64,000 bases of DNA from Auanema rhodensis (Eukaryota > Animalia > Nematoda): positions 15,562,001 to 15,626,000 of the forward strand of contig OZ059894.1 of assembly GCA_964057225.1 (NCBI GenBank). Reading direction: 5' to 3'. The notes under the pieces are model-generated. The model did not search any database. It was not told where the DNA came from and saw only the letters and a list, made by a program, of their open reading frames with translations. A program made the position numbers and the translations under genes. Within the stretch, counting starts at the first letter, position 1. Each line of letters opens with the position of its first letter. Positions 14,101-26,088 of this stretch are shown here, in pieces.

Positions 14101-16447
14101 GAACCAATTGTTATAGCGACGGTTTCGTCCAAAAATTGCATGAACTTCCTTTTTCGAACCCATTTTCCAACTCTTCCTATCTGAGCAACAGCTTTAATTT
14201 TCGTATTTAAGACGACTGTTTTCGCACAATCTTTTTAAAGATACTTTAGGAATCTATGTTATATTAAGTTAATACAATGTATATGCCACAAAACAAAATT
14301 TACGTAATTTAAAGTGAATGTATGAATGTGCGCTCATTTCGTGTCTTCAGAACATTGAGTCTCTGTCCTTTCAGGACAGTGTCAACTGATTGATTCTGAT
14401 GTCATATCAAATCGTGTTAAGTGGTACAAATATAAAAATGTTCTTCTATCGGGACTGAGCAGAAGAAAACGATTTAACGTATTTCTTTCGTAGCTATAAA
14501 GGACGATGTCAAGACACCCGAAGAAGGTTTGTAGGCCTTAGTTCACAAATGAGCTCGCATCGCCATCTCAAGAAAAAAATGATGAAAGCGACGATGATGA
14601 TGAAGATGATGATGATGATGCTAGCATAGTATCTAGAAGTACAATGTCTATTATTTTACAAAGCAGATAGAGGGAGTTTCTCATTTTTCAATTCAATGAA
14701 CTCTTTTTCCAATCCTTCGTCATACTATTTTTAGTTAGTTTTTTGGATAATTGACTATCATATTAGACTGAAAGAAGTTGCTGAATTTCTTTTTTAAAAG
14801 AACCAAATATTCTCTAAAAGAATAATGAGATATACATATATTCAAAGAGAATCATCAATACTACTAGTTCATATATCTGAATAGTCGTCATCTTCACCTT
14901 TCTTAACAGAGTACAAAGGTGACTTGAAAGCAACGAAACTGCTAAAAACTACCAGTTTCAATGATTAATTAATGTTTTTCCTTTCATTATCTTCAGAATA
15001 CTAAATTGGAAATGTTGTTGTTACCCTTACAGCATTATCAAAACGTACATGTCTACTCTGAACACAGTATTCGGACTACCTTCAATGTGACGTTGAATTT
15101 CATTTAACTTACCATACTATGTATTATCATATATTAATACATAATTAACTATGTCTATGATGATATTGAAACAAAAAAAAAACTAAATTTTCTGCTATTT
15201 TTTACCTTTCTTTTCTTTTTTTCTTAAAAATCAGGCCAAGCATTTATCTTTTCATAAACTTTCCTATTCAGCTAGTTCACTTTGAATTCAAAGAAACTAC
15301 TGAGGCAAATTCAAACTTATTTTCATTGAAATATTTAGATTCTTTCTTTCTCGACCCCCTCTTTACCCTTCAATCTCCCTTTCTACCTTCCTACCTCTCT
15401 TTCTTCTGTTTACTACTGTGTCATTGATGAAGCTTTTCCAGCTTGTAGAGATGTCTTCCCATATCCATTCCTATGTTTTATGACAAGTTATAATCATTGC
15501 CATTTCTATTTGGCTGCCTCTGGCTATTGAGACTGAGATTTGGTATATCTCTCTCATTTATTTATTAGCTTTTCCCGTACAGATACTACTTTGGCATGAG
15601 TTTTAGGTCTAACGGCTGAATATGTAAACGAGGACACAAAAATAAAAAAGAAAAAATGAGCGATGAAGAGAAGACGAGAGAGAGAAAAAGAAGAAACACA
15701 AAGAAAAATAGCGAGAGAGAGAGGGTGAGATAGAAAAAAGGGGAAGACGGAGATAGATAGACAGAGTGACGAACTCAAAAGGCTGTCCATTCTGTTACCA
15801 AATCTCGTTCTTCGTTGTTTCTAGTTAACCAGAATTTCTTCGGCTTCTGATTCTTTTAGAGCTTTTTGTATTTTTAAAAAAATAGTTATGTAAATTGCAT
15901 ATTTACTAATTACTACCGTAGATCAATACTTTCCCAACAGCTTTTTCCAATATATTTTCTATATTATATTATTGCTTTCCTTTTTTCTGCTTTATAATCG
16001 GAGGAAATAGAAAAAAACAATTTTGATATTGGAAGTGAACAGATTTTTTTTATTCAGTGTCTATAGTGATACTAAAATTTTTAAAAAATAGGTTCGGTTT
16101 TCTACAAAACTTTGCATTACAAATATACTTTCTAAACTTATGCGCTCTAACTACCATTAACATAGTTAAAACTCAAGTTTTATTGATCGTTTCCTCGTTT
16201 TTCCCTTTGATGGGCTTTTAGTTAATGCTTTGAACTTTTCTTATTCAATGCTTCTGATCTCATAGAGGACATTCAAGTTTTAAATTTTCAGATACATCCT
16301 GCACTTGTATCTCTAGAACTGTTCACTACAGCTCCGACGGGGTGAGGATCAGATTCTGAATCCTCTTCCCCGATCAACAACGACGTTCGCAGTTCCTGCA
16401 AAGGAGCGCGAGTTCCGCCACGTGTTGCGGACACGGACGGGGTGCGC

Positions 16448-18008
16448 ATGGCGCGCGCCCCGCCCTTTTTGCTGATTCTTCTATCCCTTGTCCCAGGTAA
16501 AAAAGAATGTTTTATCGAAAAGATATGGAAAGGAATAAAGCTGTTCGAGAATTTTAATATAAAATAGTACAATTTGAGCCTCTTATTCAGCAATTTTCGA
16601 AATATGCTTATACAATATGCCGGATTCTATCAACTCGATATTATTCATATTATTACAGGAAGTCTAGCTATTGGTTGCTTTGTTTGTAGTTCTTTCGATG
16701 GAGAAAACAAAGCTTGCGAGGATCCATTCAATTCTACACTCGAAAACAATAGCAAAGTCAGTTTCTCAATTTATTATTTTTATAATAAATATTGATTAAC
16801 TTTGTAAATTTTAAATATATCTGTGTTGCAGGAACGGGAAGCAGGCTCTGTAGCTAACTACCATCATCCATGTTGGGCTTTCAAAAAAGGGCGTCAAGGC
16901 TTATTTCCAGCAGATCATTGTATTAAGATCAATGGATATCGAGGTAATCTTTTCATTTCCTTGTTTATTTCATTAATGCTTGTCTCATTTGTTCTTAAAT
17001 CTAATTATATAATCAATTTTCTAGCGGAGAATTCTTCAAAAACTATGATAATTCGCACATGTGCATTGGATTCTGGCACATTGACTGCCGATACAGGTAG
17101 ATTTTCTCTACTTGAAAAATAACTTTTTCCCTGTTGTCGCAATTTTTTAACACATTCAGTTATTCTTGGGTTGTCTTGGGAATATTTAAGTTATACCAAG
17201 TGTTTGAAAAATATATATAATACTAATTAAACAAACAGAAGAAATTGGAAAATATTACAAAGAAAGAAAACAACTGAAACAGAAACCATGTGAGAAATTA
17301 GATATATGCATGAAACAAATCCACGTGAAATAGTGCATGGATTCATTATTTCATTTTTCTGTCACGGCTCACCGGTTGTTTTCGCTGTTTTTTCAGAAAT
17401 ATTTGACCATCAGTTCTATTCAATCACGTTTCATCAAAATATTTTTTTTCAAATAAAACCATTGATTGAGTTATACGTTTGTAATCTAAGTATGTACATA
17501 TTTTTAGAATGAAGTATAAAAAAGTGTTGAATGTAAGAATGTATAAAAAATCAAAAAGCAATCATGTTTTGAGGATTATAAGAAAAACATAAATGAATGA
17601 AATCGGTAGATTGATATGTCAGTATGATAATCTTATCAAATACATATATGTATATGTATATGATATGTGCATATAAACCAAAAAGCATAGCTGTTTCTTG
17701 CAGTATCTGTATTAAATTGAAATATTAAATGAATGTGTTTTGAAGCCAGTCACGAGTAATGGCAATAAAGGAAACTTTAATTTGTCGTTCCAGTGAATAG
17801 AAAAATATTTTTTATAAAATATATTTTCCGTTTTTTTTTTCCAGAAATTGTGCGTATCAGTCACTGCGGGCATTTCAAATATGAGGGTCATCATTACTCC
17901 GGCTGTGTTCAAGCCTGTGATACCGATGGATGTAATCCAGCTGTTCGTTTACCGAACATGGTCAGCTTATATCTGGCAACAATCCTTTTTATTGTATTCC
18001 ATTTATAG
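16448..18008 (+). CDS. Ly6/uPAR three-finger protein of the quiver/sleepless type, predicted GPI-anchored
   Basis: Signal peptide MARAPPFLLILLSLVPGSLA, then IGCFVCSSFDGENKACEDPFN ... CIKI ... IIRTC ... GCVQACDTDGCN, followed by a hydrophobic C-terminal GPI signal. Five coding exons splice in frame. Confidence 0.88.
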
Positions 18009-19199
18009 TATCCAATTATACTTTATGCATTTCCCACTATTTAAGTAATTTGAAGTAATATTAACTTTTACTTTCATTTCAACAGCAAAAAAAACAATTT
18101 TTATTCATATAAGTATATTATAATGTATTTATAAATATACTATATGTTTATAAATTAAATTACCATATTCTCATATATTTTTTTATTATATAATCTTCCA
18201 TTTGTCTATATCTTCCTCTATTCATTTATATTGAAAAAAATTCCTGTTTTTCAAACGGAAAACTATTTTTCTTGTTTCATCCCGTAAATATAACAAAAAG
18301 ACATAAACATATAGTACAATGTTTTAACTATATGTACATATACAGTTTTTTTTTAAATAATGAACAAAGCCATGATCGAAGAAGCTCAAATCGTTTGAAT
18401 CTGAAATATTGGATTTATGATTATAGAATCTTTTCAAGATATTCTTCAATCTTGAATGCAGTGCCTCAATTCAGAGCTTTTTCGAAACAAAATTATTAAG
18501 AAACAATCCATTTGAAACCAATGTAATTTAACAATTTTCCCATAAACAATGTATTATATGATCACCTCTTAGTATATCGGTTTCCTTAATGATATTCCAT
18601 TCCTGGTGTATCTACGTGAGAGCCAATCATGAATCTAGCAGTAATATTTAAATCTTTATATTTTTCATTATAAATATTCTTACATATAAGATTATAGTTT
18701 ATACGAATTTATATTGTTTAATATGTGATGTTTCATCCTGATATTGATAGAAAAACCATTAAGAATATATGTTTCTTCTTCTTTCAGAGCAAAGGCGATC
18801 CTCTTTATTTCTCACATTGTAAAAGCGTTTAGCTCGTGTTTCAGCATAATCCATCTAAACTACATACATGTTTTTTATCTCAAAAATTTATATATATCTG
18901 GTATTTGTTTACTGTTTATTGACAGGGATGAATAAACATTTTTATATATGAATGAATATATTTGTTATCTTTTCTAAAAAATAAAAGAAGATAAATGAAA
19001 ATGAAAATGCCTTTTACTAGCTTTCATCATATAAATCTTTTCTTACAATCAGGTGGTCGTCCGTTCGATAGGTACAATAAGTTTATATGTTAATTATAAA
19101 AAATATTCTAAACCATTGAATAACATTGAAAGTCAACCCGCAAACGAAAATTGTTCAAAATTTCCAAAATAAGAGCTTTCGATGCTATGGCGGCGGCAT

Positions 19200-19255
19200 C
19201 ACGTGCAGAAACACATCAAACATCAACTGCGACAACGGTCGTTTTCTCTCACGTG
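19200..19255. promoter_or_regulatory. Pair of TCACGTG E-boxes upstream of the hil-1-like gene
   Basis: CACGTG at 19200-19205 and 19250-19255, an HLH-30/TFEB-type motif. Confidence 0.4.
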
Positions 19256-20407
19256 TTTTTCAAACGAACAGCTCTTGATATAGAATTTTTGAAAAGTTTT
19301 CAATTGAATTTCATGTATTTATCTTTCTGTCTTCATAGATTTCAAGGGAAAAAAACACGTCTTTATTTCATTTTTTTTTTCATATTTTCTAACTTTTTAT
19401 CCTTTTTCATGTTTTTCTACAATGAAACATTTTGCTACATATTCTGCTCCTTCTTCTATCCCTATCTTTTCGTCGTATATTTCTCCATTCAAATCTTTTT
19501 CCTTTTCTTTTCTTTTTTTTTTCTTCATCAACGTGCTTGCTTTTGCCCTTTTTGTTATTCTCTTTCTGCATTTGGCTGGCAGCCAAGAGAATTGTGGGCG
19601 TGTCTAATCATGTGCTACTAGCTTGTTGTCTACTTCGTTTTCTCTATCGTCCGCAATGTTTCACCCACCATCTGACTGAACTGGCTGCCAGACAGTGTTG
19701 TCATCAATTTCTCTATTTTTAATTTTTTTCTTTTTTTTTTTCATAAATTTTCTTTTTTTTTTTTTTTTTGGTTTTTCTATTAAATTTGCTTCTTGCCAGT
19801 CTTTTTAGTTTGTGTGAAATGTTTGATTACATTAACCAATTTCATTGGAAACTTTCGAAAGCATTCACGAAATTCAAAAATAGCTGAGCTGTTAATAATT
19901 TATATTTCTGAACGATAAAGCCAAAAGTGTTGAGTTATTGTTCTTATTCACTTTTCTACTACTTCAATTCTTACCATGTAAGCATTTCGTGTTTTTAAAG
20001 TCCTTCATCCCCGCTTTTTCTTAAATATTTTGTGATAAGCGAGTTAATAAAAAGAAAAAAACGTTTGAAGAGAGATTGAAAAGAGATTGATATTGTGATA
20101 GAAGGAAAAACTAACTGTGCAGAACTTGGAAATTTTGAGAAGAGCGCAATGTCGAGAACTGGAAAAAATGCGTTGCTGTCAGGTGGAATAGATTGGGAGG
20201 AGTCACGAGGGCCTATCTGTTTTGCTGCAGCGGTACTCAATGTTCTATTTACTCCTAGTATAGGCGGTTCTTTCAGTTCTTCTCCTCGCTGTTTCAACAT
20301 TTGCCTGCTCGTTTCTCATTACTCTGCCTAGCTTCCTTGATAATAGAACTTTAGCCTTTTTCATTTTTCCTTCTGTTTCTCTTAAGCTGTAAGCTTATCC
20401 GGTTTAA

Positions 20408-20536
20408 ATGATTGCTTGTGCTCCTGTTTACATGTCACATCACCCTCTTTCTGACGCTTACAATGACTCTAATGGCTTCTCATCGCTTCTCCCACCGTAT
20501 GGTCCTGTTTACCTGTCTCATCTGAATTCGTCTTGA
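20408..20536 (+). other. 42-codon upstream ORF in front of the H1 ORF
   Basis: First ATG after probable acceptor(s) at 20386/20393. Encodes MIACAPVYMSHHPLSDAYNDSNGFSSLLPPYGPVYLSHLNSS and ends TCT-TGA at 20531-20536. Confidence 0.6.
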
Positions 20537-20582
20537 CGTCGTCAGACGTACCACCATCTCTTTTTCGTGTTCGTGGACGAGG

Positions 20583-21514
20583 ATGCCTCTCCTCAACTAT
20601 TTCCGGAAACCGACTCCGTCTCAACCTTCAGCAGTTACAGAACTACGTCGTGAACTGATACTGCTACTGAATAGGATGAACGTCGGTACCGGCTATATCC
20701 ACGAGCTGGATATTATGAATCCAGTTGGTCCAATTGACACTTCTGAAGAAATGATGAGTAGTATGACTAAAACTATCTCGAAAAAGGCTACGATGCCTAC
20801 AAGCAATGTCCAACATCATCCAACTTATCTTACTATGATTAAGGTTATTATTATGGGACCTTTTGCTATTAGTTATTCTATTTCAGAGAGCGATTCTGGC
20901 TCTCAACGATACTAAAGGTGCTAGCAAAGCTGCCATTCTGAAGTATATTGCTCAGAATTATCAACTTGGAGAAAATCTTCCAGTAGTAAGCATTCTGATA
21001 TGAAGCATAGTTAACTCTTTCCAATTCTTAGATCAATACGCATATTCGTAATGCTTTAAAGAGAGGTTTGGATAGTGGTGACGTCAAGCAGGTAGGCCAT
21101 TATTAAACTTTTCTTTGAGCATGAATATGAAACTTGATTCAGGTTAAAGGTCATGGTGCTTCTGGAAGCTTCACTGTTGCTCCAGCACATAACATGAAGA
21201 AAAAAGACATTAAAGCGAAGAAAGCTGTGACTATGTCAGCAAAGCCCAAATCCAAATCTGTCAAAGAAGTAAAAGAAAAGAAGAAGCCGGTGAAGAAGGT
21301 AAATTATCTTGGATAAAGCTTGATTGTAATTTCGATATAGACTGTTGTCAAGAAGGTTACGAAGAAAGCTGCTAAAGAAAAGGAAATTGCAAAGAAGATA
21401 ATACCAAAGTTGAGCAAGAAGAAGACAACTATCCATAAGAAAACTAAGAAAGTTTCAAAGAAACCCAAGGCCAAAATGACAAAAAAGGCGGCCAAGACCG
21501 CGAAGAAGGTCTAA
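20583..21514 (+). CDS. hil-1: Linker histone H1 variant, HIL-1/H1.X-like (true start uncertain)
   Basis: QHHPTYLTMIKRAILALNDTKGASKAAILKYIAQNYQLGENLPVINTHIRNALKRGLDSGDVKQVKGHGASGSF matches the H1 winged helix and, from memory, the HIL-1-type sequence. Lys/Ala-rich tail; TAA at 21512-21514. Confidence 0.85.
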
Positions 21515-22075
21515 AGCTTCATGGTTTGAATGTTTTTTTAAAAACCAGTATTTGTAAACTTTTGTAAATAGTGTGTATATACTTAAGTTAATGTTACTAG
21601 TAGATAGTGTTGAGTGTTATATACAGCTTAAGTTCAATATCTTTTTGAAGAAAAAAAAAGTTTGAAGAAAATCAAAAAATTAAAAGAATTTTTGCAAAAA
21701 AACGGAAATTTCCGGGGCCTATAATTGAACAAAGAAAAAAATTGAAACCATTTGTCCCCCCCCCTCCCTCGCAGCAGTGTTGCTGGCATGCCCTGATGTT
21801 TTCCGAAAAAATTTAAACTAAAAAAAGCTTGATTGAGGTGAATTGAAGAAACCTATGTTGCATACGTGAAGAATACTAAGCTTGTATATAGTTATTGTTC
21901 GTTTTGTCTTTAATAGAATAGATAAATAAAGAATTCATTGAGATCAAATCATATATGAGATCAATACCTGTAGCCATAACTATCACTGAGAATCTACCAA
22001 TACATACACATATCATAGTTCTAAAGCATGAACAGCAGTATCTTCAGAACAAAATAAACCATGCTTAAGAGCATA

Positions 22076-24768
22076 TTAAACTCTTGATTCAATCAATTTC
22101 AATATTTCATCTGCAACAAGGCGATGTCCTAGTTCATTGGGATGGAAGGCTCCAGAAGGTGACCCTTGCAAACGAGATGATTCTTCTAGAGAGCTAAATA
22201 TAGTAGTAAGTAAATTGAATTTGAGATATGTACTTTCTAACCGTATAGCGGAAACACTTGAACAAACACCTCGACTGGCAAATATGGAGGGAATCGATTC
22301 AACAACTGTCCAACCGCATTTAAGACCTTTTCGAAGAAGTAGACGATTAAGTCTCTGGAAAAATAGTCGTTCAGCTTCAACAAGTCGATGTGTTGTGATC
22401 TTAATGAGAATCAAGTTTAAGTCATTATTTGATTATTATGTTTACCTTTCGAAACTGATCACAACTAGCATCAACAATAGATTGTTCGTTTCGTGTTATG
22501 TCATAGTACAGAGGTAACACAACTCTCTGGCTTCCAATAGCTCGAAGCCTACTAGATATTTGATCTAATAAATGAGCAACAAATAGAAATCTGAAAAAAT
22601 TTGTTTTGATAAATAGATTTTAAGAAATTATTGTAATTACCTCATATCAAACGATTTACTTTCGCCCTCTCTTTTTTGTTTTTGTAACGAGTGTAGTACT
22701 TCTGCAAAACCTATGTCATTACCACCTACAGTCATTAGGACAAGATCGGGTCCACGACCTCTGAAGAATATCTGTTTTTCTATCACAGGTTGAATTAATA
22801 CCTAGCATGAGCCATTTTTTCAACTGTTTCTAGTTGACTAAGCTGGCCGTTCGAACTGCGTAATATACCACGATCAGCTGATGCACCAGAACAAGCAAGG
22901 AAAGTGAGATAAACTGTTTTCTCAGTTTTTTGTTTAGCAACATCATCTGCTACAAGCCATCCAAAAGAATGTCGCGATCTACGGCATGAGTCTATAAAAA
23001 ATATTTATGTATATATAGAACCAATTACAGATAAATACAGTAAGTTTTTACTTAGTACATCCATACATTTCCCTAGGCGTTAATTTTGAAATATAGCCAA
23101 CATGCTTTAACAAGATCAAAGCATAACCGCTAATTACAAAGCTTTAACATCAAAGAAGCCGTGTACTGGATACGGTAGCTAATCCTTTTTTCAACTTTAA
23201 ATAATTTCTTTCACAGAAAAAAAATCTGCTTTTGAAGATGAGAACGCTTAAGATGCATAGAACGTTAAATGTGCCCATTAAACAAGGAAAAGTCTAAAAT
23301 AAGCAATAACTATAAAAACATACCATCAAGCCATTCTGCAGGAGAACTTATATCAGCCGGAGCGTCAGGATTTCCTTCTCCCGATGCGAACGAGTCACCA
23401 ATCACAACAATCCATACTGATTTTCTTTGAGCTTCCACAGAACCTGTGCCAAAAATCGTACCATTTGCATGTCGCACGACTAATGTACACAAATACTCAT
23501 CCTATAATAGCGATAATAGGAATTTAATAAAATGAAACATTAAAAACGTTACATAAACATATATGAATGTCTAACGAAAGAAAGTATTTGAAAGGTAATT
23601 ATATATGAAAAAGCAACCGATCTTTGCATTTTGTTTGTTCAAAATTAATGATTTACACTAATTTAGGAAAGCACACGGTATATTAGCATAAAAGAGCGAG
23701 AATGCAGAAAGCGTGCTTTAACACTATTTAGCTATAAGCATAAGTTTTGGGCAGAAGCGAAATAAGGCTAAGAAACCTAATATTTATAATATATGTATAT
23801 ATACTAACATCTGTAATCAGATTGAATTGCGCAGAACAATGAGATCCATTGCGATCTTGCACTACAACGTCGTGCCGTAATAATTGCCATTCATATGTCA
23901 AATTTTCTTGGCTTTTTAGTTCATGACAAACAGAAAATATCGTACTTCCAAAATTTCGATAAAATTCTGGTACGGTATTCAATTGGAGTATAGATGAATT
24001 TTCTGCTGCTGACATATACTGAATTTCAAACACATGCGTATTCGGACGAATCTGAAAATATTTTTGAAAATTGTTTATCAAATGGAATTGACGTTTTAAT
24101 TTCTACGAACTATCAGAACATACCGTTGAATCCCATAGATATACCATGGAAGATGGCCAATTGTTAATTAGTTGAAAGAAAAATAAAAACGATTCTGTTC
24201 CCAGCATGGGCAATATTCTGAAATGGGCATATGAAAAAATCAACTGATAAAATGAAGATTGCCTGCAGATGAGGTTAAAGATAAAGTACAAAGAGAAATT
24301 GTTATTGTTTATCAAAATTAACTCGTAAAATGTGTCGGCTTCAATACCACAAAAGACCACCATGTTTAAAACTTCTCTTATCAAGTATTAATTCCGTAGA
24401 ATAATCCCATTATTAATTCGAATTGGTTAAATATAATTTCAAAAATATAAAGATACGGATACTGTTATCCAACAAAATACGGGTCCATTTCTGACCAAAT
24501 GCAGAATTCAGGACGAAATTGAAAAAAAATTGTGCGGCGGTGAAAAGAGATAAGTGCATGTTCCAAACTAAGAAATTAAATTCAGAAATTCACAGATCAG
24601 AGAATGAGACAAAATTTTCAACAAATTTATTTTGAAAATTGTGAAGTTAAAGTAATATTACTAGAGAAATCCAGGAAGAACAAAAATAATATTATTGAAC
24701 TGAAGTAATTCCGAAATCATTGTAACTATCACACAATCATATAAATACACTCACACAAAGCCCAACAT
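22076..24768 (-). CDS. SGNH/GDSL hydrolase (SEST-like lipase/esterase) with N-terminal hydrophobic segment
   Basis: Block I VVIGDSFASGEGNPD, CRRSRHSFGW, FLACSGASAD (block II), LMTVGGNDIGFA (block III) and GAFHPNELGHRLVAD (block V). Start is either ATG 24207 or a short first exon 24768-24755. Confidence 0.85.
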
Positions 24769-25997
24769 CACCAACCAGCAGGAGCGTTTGCGGTGGGTTG
24801 GACCACGGCGGACACATCAAAGGAGCCGCCTCGAGATCAGAGCGGTAGGGCTGGCGCCATGAGAGACATGTCGTCCTCAGCTCTTCACACTCATTCTTCT
24901 TGCTTTCGTTTCTGATTTTCTTCTTCTTCTTTTTCCTCGTCCTTGTTTCCTTCGGATTCTTGTTCATCTCTTTCTGTTAGACAAGAAGTTGTTTGATGAC
25001 TTTGTTTCTTCTGGAAGAGTCCAAAATGTCCCGAGGTGCTGGACTCGTTTATCAACTTCTCTAAACCAGCAACTTCATCACGTGGCAGAGTTTGAGAAAA
25101 AGGATAGAAGACACTGATATAACTTCAGGATAGAATTCATCTTACTTGCTGTCTTATCTCCGTTTTCCACCCAAAGCCGTAGAGTATACGTTATGAACAA
25201 TCAAGAAAAGTGGTTAAAATGCTCACAGGTAATCATAAAGGGAAATGAACCATACTTGTCAACATCTCAATGATATCATTGGAAAATCATAAAATTTTCC
25301 ACCCTTAACTGATAGAAAGTGTAGAGAAACTGCAAAAGAGTTTCTAAACCATTTAAAAATTGTACATTCATAAGAATTTAAATAGAAATAGTAAAGAATA
25401 AAAATGGACCTATAGTTCTGTGTAATAAGCTGAACACGTGTCGGCAGGTAGCATGAGAAGGAATTATAAGTTTCAGCTTAAAACAGCTTTATTCGTTATC
25501 TAAGACAAAGAAAATGTGTGAACCGGCTGGCTGACAAGCCGCCTGTCTACTGCTCTCAGTCATACTTCTTCATTCATCTATTCTAACCAACCAACCCCAA
25601 TCTTTGAATCTTCAAAGGGATGCCGCTTTTCCGATTGTAAATTATATTGTCGGCATTTTCCAAAACAGCCAAATACGAGCTGTAAATCAGCATATAACTT
25701 TGATATGAATACGGCTTAATAGCCTGAGGCAAACCGTTCAATCGTGGTGACAAGAGCTTCATACGAAAGCTCATATTCAGTATAAAATCAGCCATGGCAT
25801 TGCTTATTTTGTAATGAAAATGAGCCTACGTGTGACTTAGAGCCATAGTATCTTATAACAAAAAGTTCAACAGCTCTTAAAATTTTTATAACTCCCATAA
25901 GCAGACTATGAAATAAAAGATATTCGTTGTCTATCTAAGGAAATCATCTTTATCAGTAGTATTATAAAGCGAAACATGTGCTAAAAAATGAATAAAA

Positions 25998-26088
25998 TTC
26001 TTATGATAACATTGAAACAAAAACTGTTTAAAAACTCAAACTCTTCTTATGATAACATTGAAAGAAATGCTGTTTAGAAACTCAAACT
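25998..26088. repeat. Tandem duplication, 2 x 46 bp, spanning the stop codon of the 26074-27783 gene
   Basis: ttcttatgataacattgaaa(c/g)aaa(aa/tg)ctgttta(a/g)aaactcaaact at 25998 and 26044. Confidence 0.9.

Noticed and set aside
20523-20525. Selenocysteine recoding of the in-frame TGA upstream of the H1 ORF
   Set aside because: No SECIS-like stem recognised in the 3' UTR, and no redox motif context.
25711-25735. CGGCTTAATAGC, resembling the 5' stem of U2 snRNA
   Set aside because: No GTGTAGTA branch-recognition sequence or Sm site follows.
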